DNA from: Eubacteriales bacterium
GTDB taxonomy: Bacteria; Bacillota; Clostridia; Oscillospirales; CAG-272
DNA length: 64,000 nt
Reading direction: 5' to 3'
NCBI GenBank assembly: GCA_045128735.1
Contig: JBGVRT010000017.1
Coordinates: 7,998-71,997, forward strand
Shown here: piece by piece, positions 27,853 to 37,839 of the stretch
Layout: each line of letters opens with the position of its first letter
How positions within the stretch are numbered: position 1 is the first letter of the stretch
Made by a program: the position numbers and the translations under genes
Notes under the pieces: generated by a model
What the model was told of the DNA's origin: nothing
The model's input: only the letters and a program-made list of their open reading frames with translations
The model's database searches: none

Positions 27853-28293
27853 TCATACCCTTTCAGGACCGTTTCCGTATTCCCTCTTCATTGCTTCAAC
27901 AGAAACGACCCATTGTTTACCGAATTTACAAACGTCAACACCGTTTACAAGTTTCCCATAGGCAATTGCTTTGCGAAGTGTGCTTTCATTCAAGCCCCAA
28001 AGCTCCGTTGCGTCGCTGAAAGCCATAAGTCCGTCAAAGGGTGTATCCACCTGAACGCCATTTTCCCAAAGCTCATCGCAGGAAAGGTCAAGATCATCGT
28101 TCCAAATGATACCATAGCCACCGACATCCACCGAAACACAAACAAACTCTGCTTGATTATCCTTTAATTCAGCAAACAAAGGTATTTTTTCAAACAAGGG
28201 CTTTACATCATAAATCTTGGTAACCCCTTCCGAAAACTGAACACTCAATTTGTATTCGGGCAGAGCCGAAACATTTTTAATCTTGTGAAACAC
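27853..28293 (-). CDS. DUF2442-domain protein with C-terminal HTH-like extension
   Basis: The N-terminal half matches the DUF2442 pattern (V..L..Y.L.V.F..G....D..PL; G..I.W..D.D...ELW). The C-terminal ~55 aa look HTH-like (LNESTLRKAIAYGKL). Confidence 0.6.
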   Translation of the reverse strand: MFHKIKNVSALPEYKLSVQFSEGVTKIYDVKPLFEKIPLFAELKDNQAEFVCVSVDVGGYGIIWNDDLDLSCDELWENGVQVDTPFDGLMAFSDATELWGLNESTLRKAIAYGKLVNGVDVCKFGKQWVVSVEAMKREYGNGPERV

Positions 28294-28305
28294 TATACTG
28301 CCTCC

Positions 28306-28560
28306 TTATTCAAGCGGTGGAATCTTCTTAAACTCCTGCGTTTTCCATATTTCCAATAACGTTTCTTTGTGCATAGAAATCCACTCCTGCACCATACTCA
28401 TTGCTTTGTTTGGTAAATGCCCCTCAAGAACCTCGCCCGTCATAAAATCAATTGCCGCAACATCTTCATTATAAATGGCGTGAATATGCGGCGGATTGTG
28501 CTCGCTTTGTAAAAAATACATTCGAATAATGATTCCGTAAAATCTCGACAATACAGGCAT
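28306..28560 (-). CDS. DUF4160-domain protein
   Basis: Start at MPVLSRFYGIIIRMYF..EHNPPHIHA, the typical DUF4160 N-terminus. The GTG-extended track ORF begins inside the promoter. Confidence 0.65.
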   Translation of the reverse strand: MPVLSRFYGIIIRMYFLQSEHNPPHIHAIYNEDVAAIDFMTGEVLEGHLPNKAMSMVQEWISMHKETLLEIWKTQEFKKIPPLE

Positions 28561-28593
28561 TGTTATTCTTCTTTTGATTCTATCTCCAAACAC

Positions 28594-28622
28594 ATTATAT
28601 CACGATACCGTGACTTTGTCAA
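28594..28622 (-). promoter_or_regulatory. sigma-A type promoter of the DUF4160-DUF2442 pair
   Basis: Minus strand TTGACA, 17 nt spacer, TGaTATAAT. Confidence 0.7.
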
Positions 28623-28641
28623 TGCTTTTCAAAAATTATTT

Positions 28642-29715
28642 TCACTCAATAAACATCGCGTCCCCGAAGCTGAAAAAGCGGTAACGCTCATCGACGGCGG
28701 TTTTATAGACTTCAAGCACCTTTTCGCGGTTATAGAACGCCGAAACCAGCATAAGCAAGGTGCTTTCGGGTAAGTGGAAATTGGTTATTATTGCGTCAAC
28801 TGCCTTGAATTTATAGCCCGGGTAAATAAATATTCCCGTCTCTCCGCTCATCTCGCGAAGCCTTCCGTTTTCGTCGGCAACGCTTTCTACCGTTCGGCAT
28901 GAGGTTGTTCCCACGCAGATAAGTCTGCCGCCTGCCGCCTTACGCTCGTTGATTGTTTTCGCGCTCTCCTCGGATATTGAGAAATATTCGGTGTGCATAA
29001 CGTGGTCGCTTATACTGTCCGCCTTTACGGGACGGAAAGTGCCGAGCCCCACGTGGAGCATTACGGGCACGATTTTTACGCCCTTTGCCTCGATTTTAGC
29101 CATAAGCTCCTTTGTAAAGTGAAGCCCTGCTGTGGGGGCGGCGGCTGAGCCGTTTTTATCGGCGTAAACCGTCTGGTAGCGGTCTTTGTCCTCAAGCCTC
29201 TCGGTTATATAAGGGGGTAGCGGCATAAGACCTATTTCGTGGAGAATGTTATAGATATTCTCATATTTTTCGCGGTCATACTCGAATTTTATTAAGCGGT
29301 TGCCCTCCTCGATTATGTCGGTTATCTCGCCCTTGAGCATACCGTCACCGAAAACAAGACGGCTGCCTATTTTAGCGCGCTTTCCCGGCTTAACGAGAGT
29401 TTCCCAAACGTCAAGCGAATGCGAACGTAAAAGCAAGAGTTCGATTTTGGCGTCCTCTCTGCCCTCAACGTGACCGTAAAGCCTTGCGGGGATAACCTTT
29501 GAGTTGTTGACCACAAGGGTATCGCCCTCGCGGAGCATATCGAGTATATCGTAAAAATGCTTATGCTCAATATTTCCCGTAGCGCGGTTAACGCACAAAA
29601 GGCGCGAGTGGTCGCGCGGCTCTATGGGTGTCTGGGCAATAAGCTCCTCGGGCAGGTCATAAAAGAAGTCCGAGGTCATAAGGTTTGTCTCGGGCTTTTG
29701 ATTAACTATCGGCAT
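28642..29715 (-). CDS. queA: S-adenosylmethionine:tRNA ribosyltransferase-isomerase
   Basis: 357 aa with [35 protein letters not shown] and VGTTS motifs. Confidence 0.92.
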   Translation of the reverse strand: MPIVNQKPETNLMTSDFFYDLPEELIAQTPIEPRDHSRLLCVNRATGNIEHKHFYDILDMLREGDTLVVNNSKVIPARLYGHVEGREDAKIELLLLRSHSLDVWETLVKPGKRAKIGSRLVFGDGMLKGEITDIIEEGNRLIKFEYDREKYENIYNILHEIGLMPLPPYITERLEDKDRYQTVYADKNGSAAAPTAGLHFTKELMAKIEAKGVKIVPVMLHVGLGTFRPVKADSISDHVMHTEYFSISEESAKTINERKAAGGRLICVGTTSCRTVESVADENGRLREMSGETGIFIYPGYKFKAVDAIITNFHLPESTLLMLVSAFYNREKVLEVYKTAVDERYRFFSFGDAMFIE

Positions 29716-29849
29716 AAAAACTCCTTAATTTCCTTTCGGGTTGCCGTCCTTCGGCATATAATAACAATAGGTTTACTTAACCATTATATATCAAATCGAG
29801 CTTTTTTTCAAGTCTTTTAGCAAATTTATTGACATTTGAGGTGATTTTT

Positions 29850-30731
29850 ATGAGCAAAAACAAAAAAGAGCTGTTTTCGGGGGCGGCTACGGCGATAATC
29901 ACACCCTTTTCGGCTGACGGAATAGATTACAAGGCGCTTGAGGGGCTTATTGAATTTCAGCTTGACGGCGGAATTCGCGCCATTGTGGTGGCAGGAACGA
30001 CAGGCGAAGCGCCTACGTTGTCCTACCGCGAGCTTGACGAGCTTTTCGACTTTTCGGTTAAAACGGCAAATGGGCGTGCAAAAATAATTGCCGGTTGCGG
30101 AGGAAACGACACCTCCCGTGCCGTTAAAATGGCAAAAATGGCACAGAAACGCGGTTGTGACGGCGTTTTATCGGTGACTCCGTACTACAACAAGCCAACC
30201 GAACGCGGCACAGCCGAACATTTTTTGAAGATAGCCGAGGTGGGGCTGCCCACAATTCTCTACAACGTGCCCTCGCGCACAGGGTCAAGCATCAGCCTTG
30301 GCGCCTACGGTGAGCTTGCAAAACATGAAAACATAGTGGGAGTAAAGGAGGCATCGGGAAATATTGGAACAGTTGCCGATATTCTCTGCGAATTTGCCGA
30401 CGACCTTGACGTGTACGCGGGCAACGACGATATGACTGTTCCCACTATGGCGCTTGGCGGCAAGGGCTGTATTTCGGTGCTTTCCAATCTTTTGCCCCTT
30501 GAGGTAAGTGAGCTTTGCAGGCTTTGCCTTGAAGGAAATTTTGCCGCGGCAGGTGAGCTTCAACTAAATCTTATTCCCATTATCCGCGCGCTTTTCAAGG
30601 AGACCAACCCCATACCGATAAAATACGCCCTTTCGCGCTTGGGATTTTGCGAGGAGCGTTACCGCCTTCCGCTTTGTCCTCCCACAGACAGCACCGCAAC
30701 ACTTATTGATATGATACTCGGTACGCTGTAA
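29850..30731 (+). CDS. dapA: 4-hydroxy-tetrahydrodipicolinate synthase
   Basis: Start at MSKNKKELFSG with GAGGTG SD. Motifs: GTTGE, YNVPSRTG, and the KEASG Schiff-base lysine. Confidence 0.9.
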   Translation: MSKNKKELFSGAATAIITPFSADGIDYKALEGLIEFQLDGGIRAIVVAGTTGEAPTLSYRELDELFDFSVKTANGRAKIIAGCGGNDTSRAVKMAKMAQKRGCDGVLSVTPYYNKPTERGTAEHFLKIAEVGLPTILYNVPSRTGSSISLGAYGELAKHENIVGVKEASGNIGTVADILCEFADDLDVYAGNDDMTVPTMALGGKGCISVLSNLLPLEVSELCRLCLEGNFAAAGELQLNLIPIIRALFKETNPIPIKYALSRLGFCEERYRLPLCPPTDSTATLIDMILGTL

Positions 30732-30815
30732 AGTGGAGGGGGGATGAGAAACAGGTGGCTTTTGTAAAAAGGCAGGACCGCATCTGCGACATCTGCGACA
30801 GTCGCCATTTTTTAC

Positions 30816-30844
30816 TTGACAGGGCTGAAAATTTGTGGTATGAT
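30816..30844 (+). promoter_or_regulatory. sigma-A type promoter of the MFS gene
   Basis: TTGACA, 17 nt spacer, TGgTATGAT. It lies inside the N-terminally extended track ORF, which supports the 30881 start. Confidence 0.7.
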
Positions 30845-30880
30845 TATCTCAACGTTTTATTTTCAGCAAAGGACTCTGTT

Positions 30881-32164
30881 ATGACTAAAAATTACAAGCG
30901 CGTTAAGCTTGCCTGCTACGCAAGCAACGTCACTATGTCTATCGTGGGCAATCTCTCGCCCCTGCTCTTTCTCACCTTCCACACCATGTACGGCATATCC
31001 TACACCGCACTTGGTGCGTTGGTGCTTATCAACTTTGTAACACAGCTCGGAATTGACCTTGTGTTCTCGTTTTTCTCGCACAAATTCAACATTCCTCTGG
31101 CGGTCAAAAGTGCGCCTGTTCTCGGCATTGTAGGTCTTGTGCTCTTTGCCGTCTGCCCTATGCTCTTTCCGCAATGCGCCTATCTCGGAATCGTGATAGG
31201 AACTGTGATTTTCTCGGCGGCAAGCGGTTTTAACGAGGTGCTTATCAGCCCCGTTATTGCGGCTATTCCCTGTGAAAATCCCGACCACGAAATGAGCAAG
31301 CTCCACTCGATATACGCTTGGGGCGTTGTGTTTGTGGTTGCCGTCAGCACAGCATTTTTACTTGTTTTCGAAAACGATAATTGGCAATGGCTTGCCCTTT
31401 TGTTCGCGCTTGTTCCGCTTTTGGCGTCGGTACTCTTTTTCGGTGCGGAGCTTCCCCCTCTCAAAACTGAGGAAAAAACCTCGGGAGCCTTGGAATTTCT
31501 CAAAAGCAGAGGCTTATGGATTTGCGTTTTCGGCATATTCCTCGGCGGTGCGGCAGAATGCACAATGGCTCAATGGTGCTCGGGCTATCTTGAAAACGCC
31601 CTGCAGATTCCCAAGGTATGGGGCGACATTTTCGGAGTTGCTCTTTTTGCGGTAATGCTCGGACTTGGGCGCACGCTTTACGCCAAATACGGAAAGAATA
31701 TAAGCAAGGTGCTTTTCTTCAGCGCTATAGGCTCAACCATCTGCTACTTCACGGCGGCAGTTTCAAATATTGCGGTAATCGGTCTTTTCGCCTGCGCGTT
31801 TACGGGATTCTGCACGGCGATGATGTGGCCGGGAAGTCTTATTGCGGTTGCCGAGAGATTCCCTCGCGGCGGCGTGATTATGTATGCGCTTATGGCGGCG
31901 GGCGGCGACCTTGGCGCATCTGTCGGTCCTCAGCTTGTGGGCGTTATAACCGACGTTATACGCGAAAACGAAGCAACCGCAAAGCTTGCTTTTGATATGG
32001 GCTTAACACCCGACCGCCTTGGAATGAAGGTGGGGATACTTATAGGAATGCTCTTCTCTCTTATCGCGATCTTCGTCTTTTTCTCGGTAATGAGAAACCA
32101 GAGAAAATTCACCGAAAAGGCTTTAAGCTACGCGCTTTGCCATAAAATTCCGCAAAGTTGTTGA
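30881..32164 (+). CDS. MFS transporter (substrate unknown)
   Basis: About 427 aa and about 12 predicted TM segments, read by eye. Confidence 0.75.
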   Translation: MTKNYKRVKLACYASNVTMSIVGNLSPLLFLTFHTMYGISYTALGALVLINFVTQLGIDLVFSFFSHKFNIPLAVKSAPVLGIVGLVLFAVCPMLFPQCAYLGIVIGTVIFSAASGFNEVLISPVIAAIPCENPDHEMSKLHSIYAWGVVFVVAVSTAFLLVFENDNWQWLALLFALVPLLASVLFFGAELPPLKTEEKTSGALEFLKSRGLWICVFGIFLGGAAECTMAQWCSGYLENALQIPKVWGDIFGVALFAVMLGLGRTLYAKYGKNISKVLFFSAIGSTICYFTAAVSNIAVIGLFACAFTGFCTAMMWPGSLIAVAERFPRGGVIMYALMAAGGDLGASVGPQLVGVITDVIRENEATAKLAFDMGLTPDRLGMKVGILIGMLFSLIAIFVFFSVMRNQRKFTEKALSYALCHKIPQSC

Positions 32165-32189
32165 CTTTTCAACAACTTTGTGATATAAT
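32161..32189 (+). promoter_or_regulatory. sigma-A type promoter of the acyl-CoA ligase gene
   Basis: TTGACT, 17 nt spacer, TGaTATAAT, overlapping the MFS stop codon. Confidence 0.7.
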
Positions 32190-32272
32190 GATTGCATATT
32201 GAAAAAATCCTAACACGAAAAGCGGCGCGGCATTTTCTCCGAGCCGATACAGAAATATGAAAGGATATCACG

Positions 32273-33961
32273 ATGAAAAAACAAGTACTTCACGAAAAAA
32301 ATGAATTTGAAAATGTACGTTCGCTTATAGAATTTGCAGGCGAACACTACGGTGACAGAAACGCGTATTCCTATAGAATAAAGGCTTCCGATAAGGACGT
32401 CATAAAAGTAAGCTTTGCAAAGCTTCGTGATGACGTGCGTGCACTTACCGCAGAGCTTATTTCAATGGGTGTCGCAGGCAAGCATTGTGTTGTTATCGGA
32501 AAGATGTCCTACGATTGGGCACTTACCTACTTCTCTGTTCTCTGTGCGGGCGGCGTTATAGTTCCCCTTGACAGAGATTGGGCTGCCGAGGATCTTGCCG
32601 ATACCGCAACAAAAGCTAATGTCGCGTTCCTTTTCTGCGAAGAAGCCCTTAAGGAAAAGGCTGACGTTGTAGCCGAAACATCAAAGCTTGCAACCTCTGT
32701 AATCTACCTTAACTCTTCTGCCGAAGAAAACACGCTTGGTAAACTTATCGCTTCGGGTAAGGAGAAATTCGCAACCAACCCCGAAATATACTTCAATCAG
32801 CCCATCGACAATATGGGACTTTCACTCCTCGTGTTCACATCGGGCACAACGGGCAAGGGCAAGGGCGTTATGCTCAGCCAGAACGCTATTCTCCGCGATA
32901 TGTCGGAAATCACGCCTTATATGGACTTCGCCCCAAAGACGGTTGGCGTGCTTCCCCCTCACCACACCTACGGCTCTACCGTTATGCTTATCGGTCACGC
33001 TCAGATAGGAAGTGAAATCTACCTTTCCTCGGGTATCCGCTACGTTCAGCGCGAGCTTAAGGAGCAGTGTCCCGGTCATATGGTTCTCGTTCCCCTTTAT
33101 CTTGAGACATTCTACCGCAAGATATGGGCCAACATCAAGGAAAAGGGCAAGGAAAAGCTTGTTTCCAATATGATAAAGCTCTGCAACACCCTTAAGATTG
33201 GCAGAGGAATCCGCAAAAAGCTGTTCAAGGATATCCACGCGGCGTTTGGCGGCGAGGTGAAGATGATAATCACAGGCGGTGCACCCGTAAATCCCGACAT
33301 TCTTCATTTCTTCCAGTCTATCGGCATTTCAGTGCTTAACGGCTACGGCATTACAGAGTGCGCTCCCCTTATTGCGGTAAACCGCAGTAACAACGTGGTT
33401 GAGGGCAGCGTTGGTAACGTAATCGATATGGACGAGGTTAAGATCGACGATCCCAACGAGGACGGTGAGGGCGAAATCCTTGTAAAGGGTCCCAACGTTA
33501 TGATAGGATACTACAACGACGAAGCGGCTACAGAGGCGGCATTCAAGGACGGCTTCTTCAGAACGGGTGACTACGGTAAGATTGAGAACGGCGTTCTCTT
33601 TATCACGGGACGAAAGAAGAATCTTATCATTCTTTCCAACGGCAAGAACGTTTACCCCGAGGAAATTGAAAACGAGCTTGTAGCAACTCCCGGTATTCTT
33701 GATATTATCGTGTACGAGGGACAGAGCAAGCGCGGTATGACCTACAACGCAATAGTTGCCGAGGTTTATCCCGATAAGGAATATTGCGAAAAGAACGGAA
33801 TTACCGACGTATACGCACATCTCAAGCCCTACATCGACGAGTACAACAAGAACGCTGTTGCTTACAAGAAGATAGGCATTCTCAAGGTGCGTGAGGAAGA
33901 GTTCCCCAAGAACACCCTCCGCAAGATAATGAGATTCAAGCTTGATATGACTATTGATTAA
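32273..33961 (+). CDS. AMP-dependent synthetase/ligase (long-chain-fatty-acid--CoA ligase-like)
   Basis: AMP-binding motif LVFTSGTTGKGKGVML, plus GYGITE and TGD...G.L.I.GRKK. Confidence 0.85.
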   Translation: MKKQVLHEKNEFENVRSLIEFAGEHYGDRNAYSYRIKASDKDVIKVSFAKLRDDVRALTAELISMGVAGKHCVVIGKMSYDWALTYFSVLCAGGVIVPLDRDWAAEDLADTATKANVAFLFCEEALKEKADVVAETSKLATSVIYLNSSAEENTLGKLIASGKEKFATNPEIYFNQPIDNMGLSLLVFTSGTTGKGKGVMLSQNAILRDMSEITPYMDFAPKTVGVLPPHHTYGSTVMLIGHAQIGSEIYLSSGIRYVQRELKEQCPGHMVLVPLYLETFYRKIWANIKEKGKEKLVSNMIKLCNTLKIGRGIRKKLFKDIHAAFGGEVKMIITGGAPVNPDILHFFQSIGISVLNGYGITECAPLIAVNRSNNVVEGSVGNVIDMDEVKIDDPNEDGEGEILVKGPNVMIGYYNDEAATEAAFKDGFFRTGDYGKIENGVLFITGRKKNLIILSNGKNVYPEEIENELVATPGILDIIVYEGQSKRGMTYNAIVAEVYPDKEYCEKNGITDVYAHLKPYIDEYNKNAVAYKKIGILKVREEEFPKNTLRKIMRFKLDMTID

Positions 33962-33971
33962 AAAATAAAAT

Positions 33972-34113
33972 GGGGCTGTCTCAAATTGATTTTTTTTTGA
34001 AATTCTATTGTGATAATTAAACAAAAAACACTTGCGAACCCCCATCGGTAAGCAAGTGTTTTTGTATAGGTTGTCAATTAAATGGAAATCATTCCCAAAC
34101 TTGAGACAGCCCC
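33972..34113. terminator. nested hairpins between convergent genes
   Basis: Outer 13-bp arms ggggctgtctcaa (33972-33984) / ttgagacagcccc (34101-34113). The inner hairpin aacacttgc-N15-gcaagtgtt carries a T-run. Confidence 0.5.
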
Positions 34114-34118
34114 TTTAT

Positions 34119-34955
34119 TCATTCCTTCGGCTCAAATCCTTCAAAGATTGAGTGGTCTCCGTTTTCTCTGTTTATATCAAAATGTTCCTTTTTTCGTACC
34201 GTCCAGACAAGCAGGGGCGTGCCGAAAAGCGAACTGCAAAGGCGTATCGGAATATCCCTCAGATAACACTCGTCAGCGGCTATGAAATCGGGGCGCGAAA
34301 GGAAATTCGCAAGAAGTCCCGAAAGCATAAAATTTCTGAAAAAATTTCCGTTTGATTTAGATTTTATAAGATTTGTCACAAGCTGACCGCGCACGACATC
34401 GGGGCAATTCTTCTTGAACCAACGCAAAAGCAATGGATTAAAGGACTCCACCGAATAAACGCCGTCGTAGCTTTCGAGCATTTTAGCGGCAACGGGGCAA
34501 AGCGAGGTATCTCCGCTTTCGCCTTTTAGCTCAACCAAAAGCGGAACTCTGCCGTCCACAAGCGAAAGCACCTCATAAAAGGTGGGTATTGAAAGGTCAG
34601 TGCCCGCAAGACGGTATTTTTTCAGTTCTTCAAGAGTCAGCGACGAAAGCTTTACGTCCTCGCCGCACATTCTTTTAAGCGAGTAGTCGTGAAAGACCAC
34701 AACCTCACCGTCGGCGGTAAGCTGAATATCAAGCTCAATGCCGTAACCGCGCTCGGCGGCGTACTTAAAGGCAAGAAGCGAGTTCTCGGGCACGCCCGCC
34801 TCATTGTCGAAAAGCCCTCTGTGAGCGTAATCAACAAGCACGCGCCGCATATCGGGGCGCATAGTTACGCGTGGCATAACGAGAAGTGCGTACGCCATAG
34901 CAAATATTACAAGTATCAGAAAAACTACGCCCATTTTAATCCTCCGCGCCGCCAA
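34119..34955 (-). CDS. membrane-anchored glycerophosphodiester phosphodiesterase family protein
   Basis: N-terminal TM segment, then HRGL..... .PENSL.AF, E.D...T.DG..VV.HD. Confidence 0.85.
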   Translation of the reverse strand: MAARRIKMGVVFLILVIFAMAYALLVMPRVTMRPDMRRVLVDYAHRGLFDNEAGVPENSLLAFKYAAERGYGIELDIQLTADGEVVVFHDYSLKRMCGEDVKLSSLTLEELKKYRLAGTDLSIPTFYEVLSLVDGRVPLLVELKGESGDTSLCPVAAKMLESYDGVYSVESFNPLLLRWFKKNCPDVVRGQLVTNLIKSKSNGNFFRNFMLSGLLANFLSRPDFIAADECYLRDIPIRLCSSLFGTPLLVWTVRKKEHFDINRENGDHSIFEGFEPKE

Positions 34956-36459
34956 GTGCCTCGATAGACACCTTGGATATGGGCTTGCTGTCGCCGTGCT
35001 TTACGAAAAGCATTGTCAAAAACGAGCCGAAAACGAATATTGCCGCGTATGGGAACAGAGTTGTAAAGTTGATGTCAAGGAAAACACCGCTGAGAACGGG
35101 GGTTATCATCTGCGCCGACATTGAGGCTGTGTAATAAAGACCCGTATATTTTCCCACGTTTGAGCCCTTTGAAAGCTCGACGACCATAGGATAGCTGTTT
35201 ACGCCGATAGTTGCCCATCCCACACCCGCAAGGGCAAAGAGTATATTCATCACTACAAGCGAGCTGCCTGCGCGCAAAAATCCCGCAATGGCAAATACGC
35301 TTCCGAGTATGAGAACACCGGCAAGTATAGACTTTCTCCTGCCCACCTTGGAGGCAATGATGCCGATGGGAATATAGGAGATTATCGCCGCCGCCTGAGC
35401 TATGGTGAGAGTCATATTATAGTCAAGCGCAAGCACTCGACCCGCGTAAACCGAATATTTGCTTGTTACGGCGTTGTAGCCCATAAACCAAAGCACCACC
35501 GACGCAAGGATAAGCACAAGCGATATTTTTTCGCCGCGCGTAAGCTCTCTTTCCCCCGATGCGTCGCTGTCGCCGCCGTCCTCAAGCTTCCGGCTTTCCT
35601 CAAGCATTTCGGCAGACCACTCGGGTTCTTTGACGAATATCATAAACACCGCGAGGGCGGATATCATAATTATCGCGACCACCGAGAAGAACGCGGTATA
35701 ATTCATAAGCAGATTTTCGCTCTTTCCCGTTCCGAAAATCATACCGAGAATAAGCACGAGAATGCCGCCCACCGCGCCCATAAGATTTATTATGGAGTTA
35801 GCCTTTGAGCGCAAAGGCTTTGGTGTAACGTCGGGCATAAGCGCCACGGCAGGCGAACGGAAGGTGCCCATTGCCACAAGAAGAATCAGCAATATTCCCG
35901 CAAAGCAAACCAAGGGCGCGGGGTTATCTGCCGTCACTCTCGCCGCGTAAGCCTGACGGGCGGGCACGATGTAATTTGTGTAGTCAGCCTTATCTCCGCT
36001 ATCAAGAAGCGAGACGAACTCTTCCCTGCTCATCACTTCGGTCAAGGTCTGCTTACCTGCGGTGTCGGGAACAGAGATTTCAAGTGCAGGCTCGGCATCG
36101 TAAAGAACCTCAAGCGACGCGGGGCTGTCCGCGCTGACAGCCGAGAGATTCGCAAGCTGCATATTATCTGCAAAGGAAAGGCATATGAGCGCAACGCAGG
36201 CAATAACAGTGCCTATAAGCACGAAGGGCTTTCTCTTTCCGAAGCGCGTATTCGTGCGGTCGGAGATAGAGCCAAACCAAGGAAGCAAAAAAAGTGCCAA
36301 GAGGTTATCTATCGCCATGATCACGCCCGAAACGCTCTGCGAAAGTCCGAATTTATCGGTAAGAATCTTGGGAATTATCGTGTCGTACGCCTGCCAGAAA
36401 GTACAGATAAGGAAAAACGCAAAACCTACTAACAGGGTTCTTTTATAGTTAAGTCTCAT
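34936..36459 (-). CDS. MFS transporter with a large soluble insertion
   Basis: 507 aa with the MFS signature SDRT.TRFGKRKPF. An ~80-aa hydrophilic insert follows TM segments 3-4. Confidence 0.75.
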   Translation of the reverse strand: MRLNYKRTLLVGFAFFLICTFWQAYDTIIPKILTDKFGLSQSVSGVIMAIDNLLALFLLPWFGSISDRTNTRFGKRKPFVLIGTVIACVALICLSFADNMQLANLSAVSADSPASLEVLYDAEPALEISVPDTAGKQTLTEVMSREEFVSLLDSGDKADYTNYIVPARQAYAARVTADNPAPLVCFAGILLILLVAMGTFRSPAVALMPDVTPKPLRSKANSIINLMGAVGGILVLILGMIFGTGKSENLLMNYTAFFSVVAIIMISALAVFMIFVKEPEWSAEMLEESRKLEDGGDSDASGERELTRGEKISLVLILASVVLWFMGYNAVTSKYSVYAGRVLALDYNMTLTIAQAAAIISYIPIGIIASKVGRRKSILAGVLILGSVFAIAGFLRAGSSLVVMNILFALAGVGWATIGVNSYPMVVELSKGSNVGKYTGLYYTASMSAQMITPVLSGVFLDINFTTLFPYAAIFVFGSFLTMLFVKHGDSKPISKVSIEALGGAED

Positions 36460-37019
36460 TTAAGCTTACCTTCCTTTTGCAAAATATAGTAGGTCTTGAG
36501 AACGGCGGTCTGTGTCTTTGAGTCGCGTATCTCGCCCCTCATCACCATTTCAAGCGCCTTTTCTATGGGAAGCTTGACCGTTTCGATAAACTCATCGTCA
36601 TCGGGGTCGGTGTCGCCAAACTCAAGTCCGCGCGCAAGATACATATGAATGACCTCGGTAAGGAGCGCGGGAGATGTGACGAAATCGCCCATAGATTCCA
36701 TGCTTTTCGGTATTGCGCCCGTCTCCTCGCGAAGCTCGCGCAACGCCGCCTCGATAAAATCCTCGGTATCGGAATCAAGCTTGCCCGCAGGAATTTCAAG
36801 CATTACACGGCTTTGAGCATAGCGGTACTGACGGACGAAAATTATCTCGTTTTCATCAGTAAGCGGCACCACGCACACAGCCCCGATATGGCGGCAGTAT
36901 TCGCGTGTGGATGTTTTTCCGTCGGGGAGAGTTACGCTGTCCTTGCGGACGTCAAGCACCTTTCCCTCAAATATTCTTTCGGAGCTTATACAGCCCTCAA
37001 AAAATTTTTCGTTGTTCAT
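36456..37019 (-). CDS. NUDIX hydrolase (ADP-ribose pyrophosphatase-like)
   Basis: Nudix box GKLD...E....AALRELREETG. There is a 4-nt overlap with the downstream MFS gene. Confidence 0.85.
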   Translation of the reverse strand: MNNEKFFEGCISSERIFEGKVLDVRKDSVTLPDGKTSTREYCRHIGAVCVVPLTDENEIIFVRQYRYAQSRVMLEIPAGKLDSDTEDFIEAALRELREETGAIPKSMESMGDFVTSPALLTEVIHMYLARGLEFGDTDPDDDEFIETVKLPIEKALEMVMRGEIRDSKTQTAVLKTYYILQKEGKLK

Positions 37020-37099
37020 ATTCTTTTCCTTTGCCGTTTTTATTCATACCTATTATAATGTAAAATTCTTTTTTTGTCAAGATTTTTTGTGCCATTCTA

Positions 37100-37128
37100 T
37101 TGACTTTCAATACTTAATGTGATATAAT
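37100..37128 (+). promoter_or_regulatory. sigma-A type promoter of the liaF-like operon
   Basis: TTGACT, 17 nt spacer, TGaTATAAT. Confidence 0.7.
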
Positions 37129-37161
37129 CAAGTTGCAAAATAAACCTGCGGAGGTAGCATA

Positions 37162-37839
37162 ATGAAAAATTTAAGAAACATTGTGCTTGGCGTTTTGCTT
37201 ATCGGTCTTGGCATTGTTTTTGCCCTCAATTCACTCGGTATTGCCGAAATTGACGTTTTCTTTGACGGTTGGTGGACGCTGTTTATAATTATTCCCTCTA
37301 TTTGCGGAGTTATTTCGGACAGAGACAAAACAGGCGCGATTATCGGGCTTGTTATAGGCGCGGCGCTTTTGCTTTCGGCGCAAGGAATTATTGATTTTTC
37401 GATGATTCTCAAGCTCGTATTCCCCATAATTCTCGTGACTGCAGGTGTTTCGATAATCTTCAAGGGCTTTTTCAAAAAGGCTAAGCAAAACAGCGAGCTT
37501 CCCCCCTCGGTCAAGCCCGTAAGAGAATACGCCGCAACCTTTTCGGGTCAGGACATCAAGTTTGACGGCGAGGTGTTCGAGGGTGCGGAGCTTACCGCGG
37601 CATTCGGCGGCATAAAATGCGACCTGCGCGGTGCGGTAATTGCCGAGGACGTGGTTATAAACGCAACGGCAACCTTTGGAGGCATTGATATACTTGTGCC
37701 CGACGGCGTTAACGTAAAGATAAGATCCTCTGCACTTTTCGGCGGTGTAAGCGACAAGAAAAAGCGAGTAAACATCGATGGCGCAAAAACGCTCTACATC
37801 AACGCCGACGCGGTGTTCGGAGGTGTTGACGTAAAATGA
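37162..37839 (+). CDS. LiaF-like (DUF2154) cell-envelope stress membrane protein
   Basis: Four N-terminal TM segments, then a C-terminal beta-rich FGG-repeat domain (AAFGGIK, ATFGGID, ALFGGVS, AVFGGVD). Confidence 0.7.
   Translation: MKNLRNIVLGVLLIGLGIVFALNSLGIAEIDVFFDGWWTLFIIIPSICGVISDRDKTGAIIGLVIGAALLLSAQGIIDFSMILKLVFPIILVTAGVSIIFKGFFKKAKQNSELPPSVKPVREYAATFSGQDIKFDGEVFEGAELTAAFGGIKCDLRGAVIAEDVVINATATFGGIDILVPDGVNVKIRSSALFGGVSDKKKRVNIDGAKTLYINADAVFGGVDVK

Noticed and set aside
29716-29849. Lysine (L-box) riboswitch upstream of dapA
   Set aside because: The gap is only 134 nt and is shared with the divergent queA promoter. I saw no L-box-like helices or terminator.
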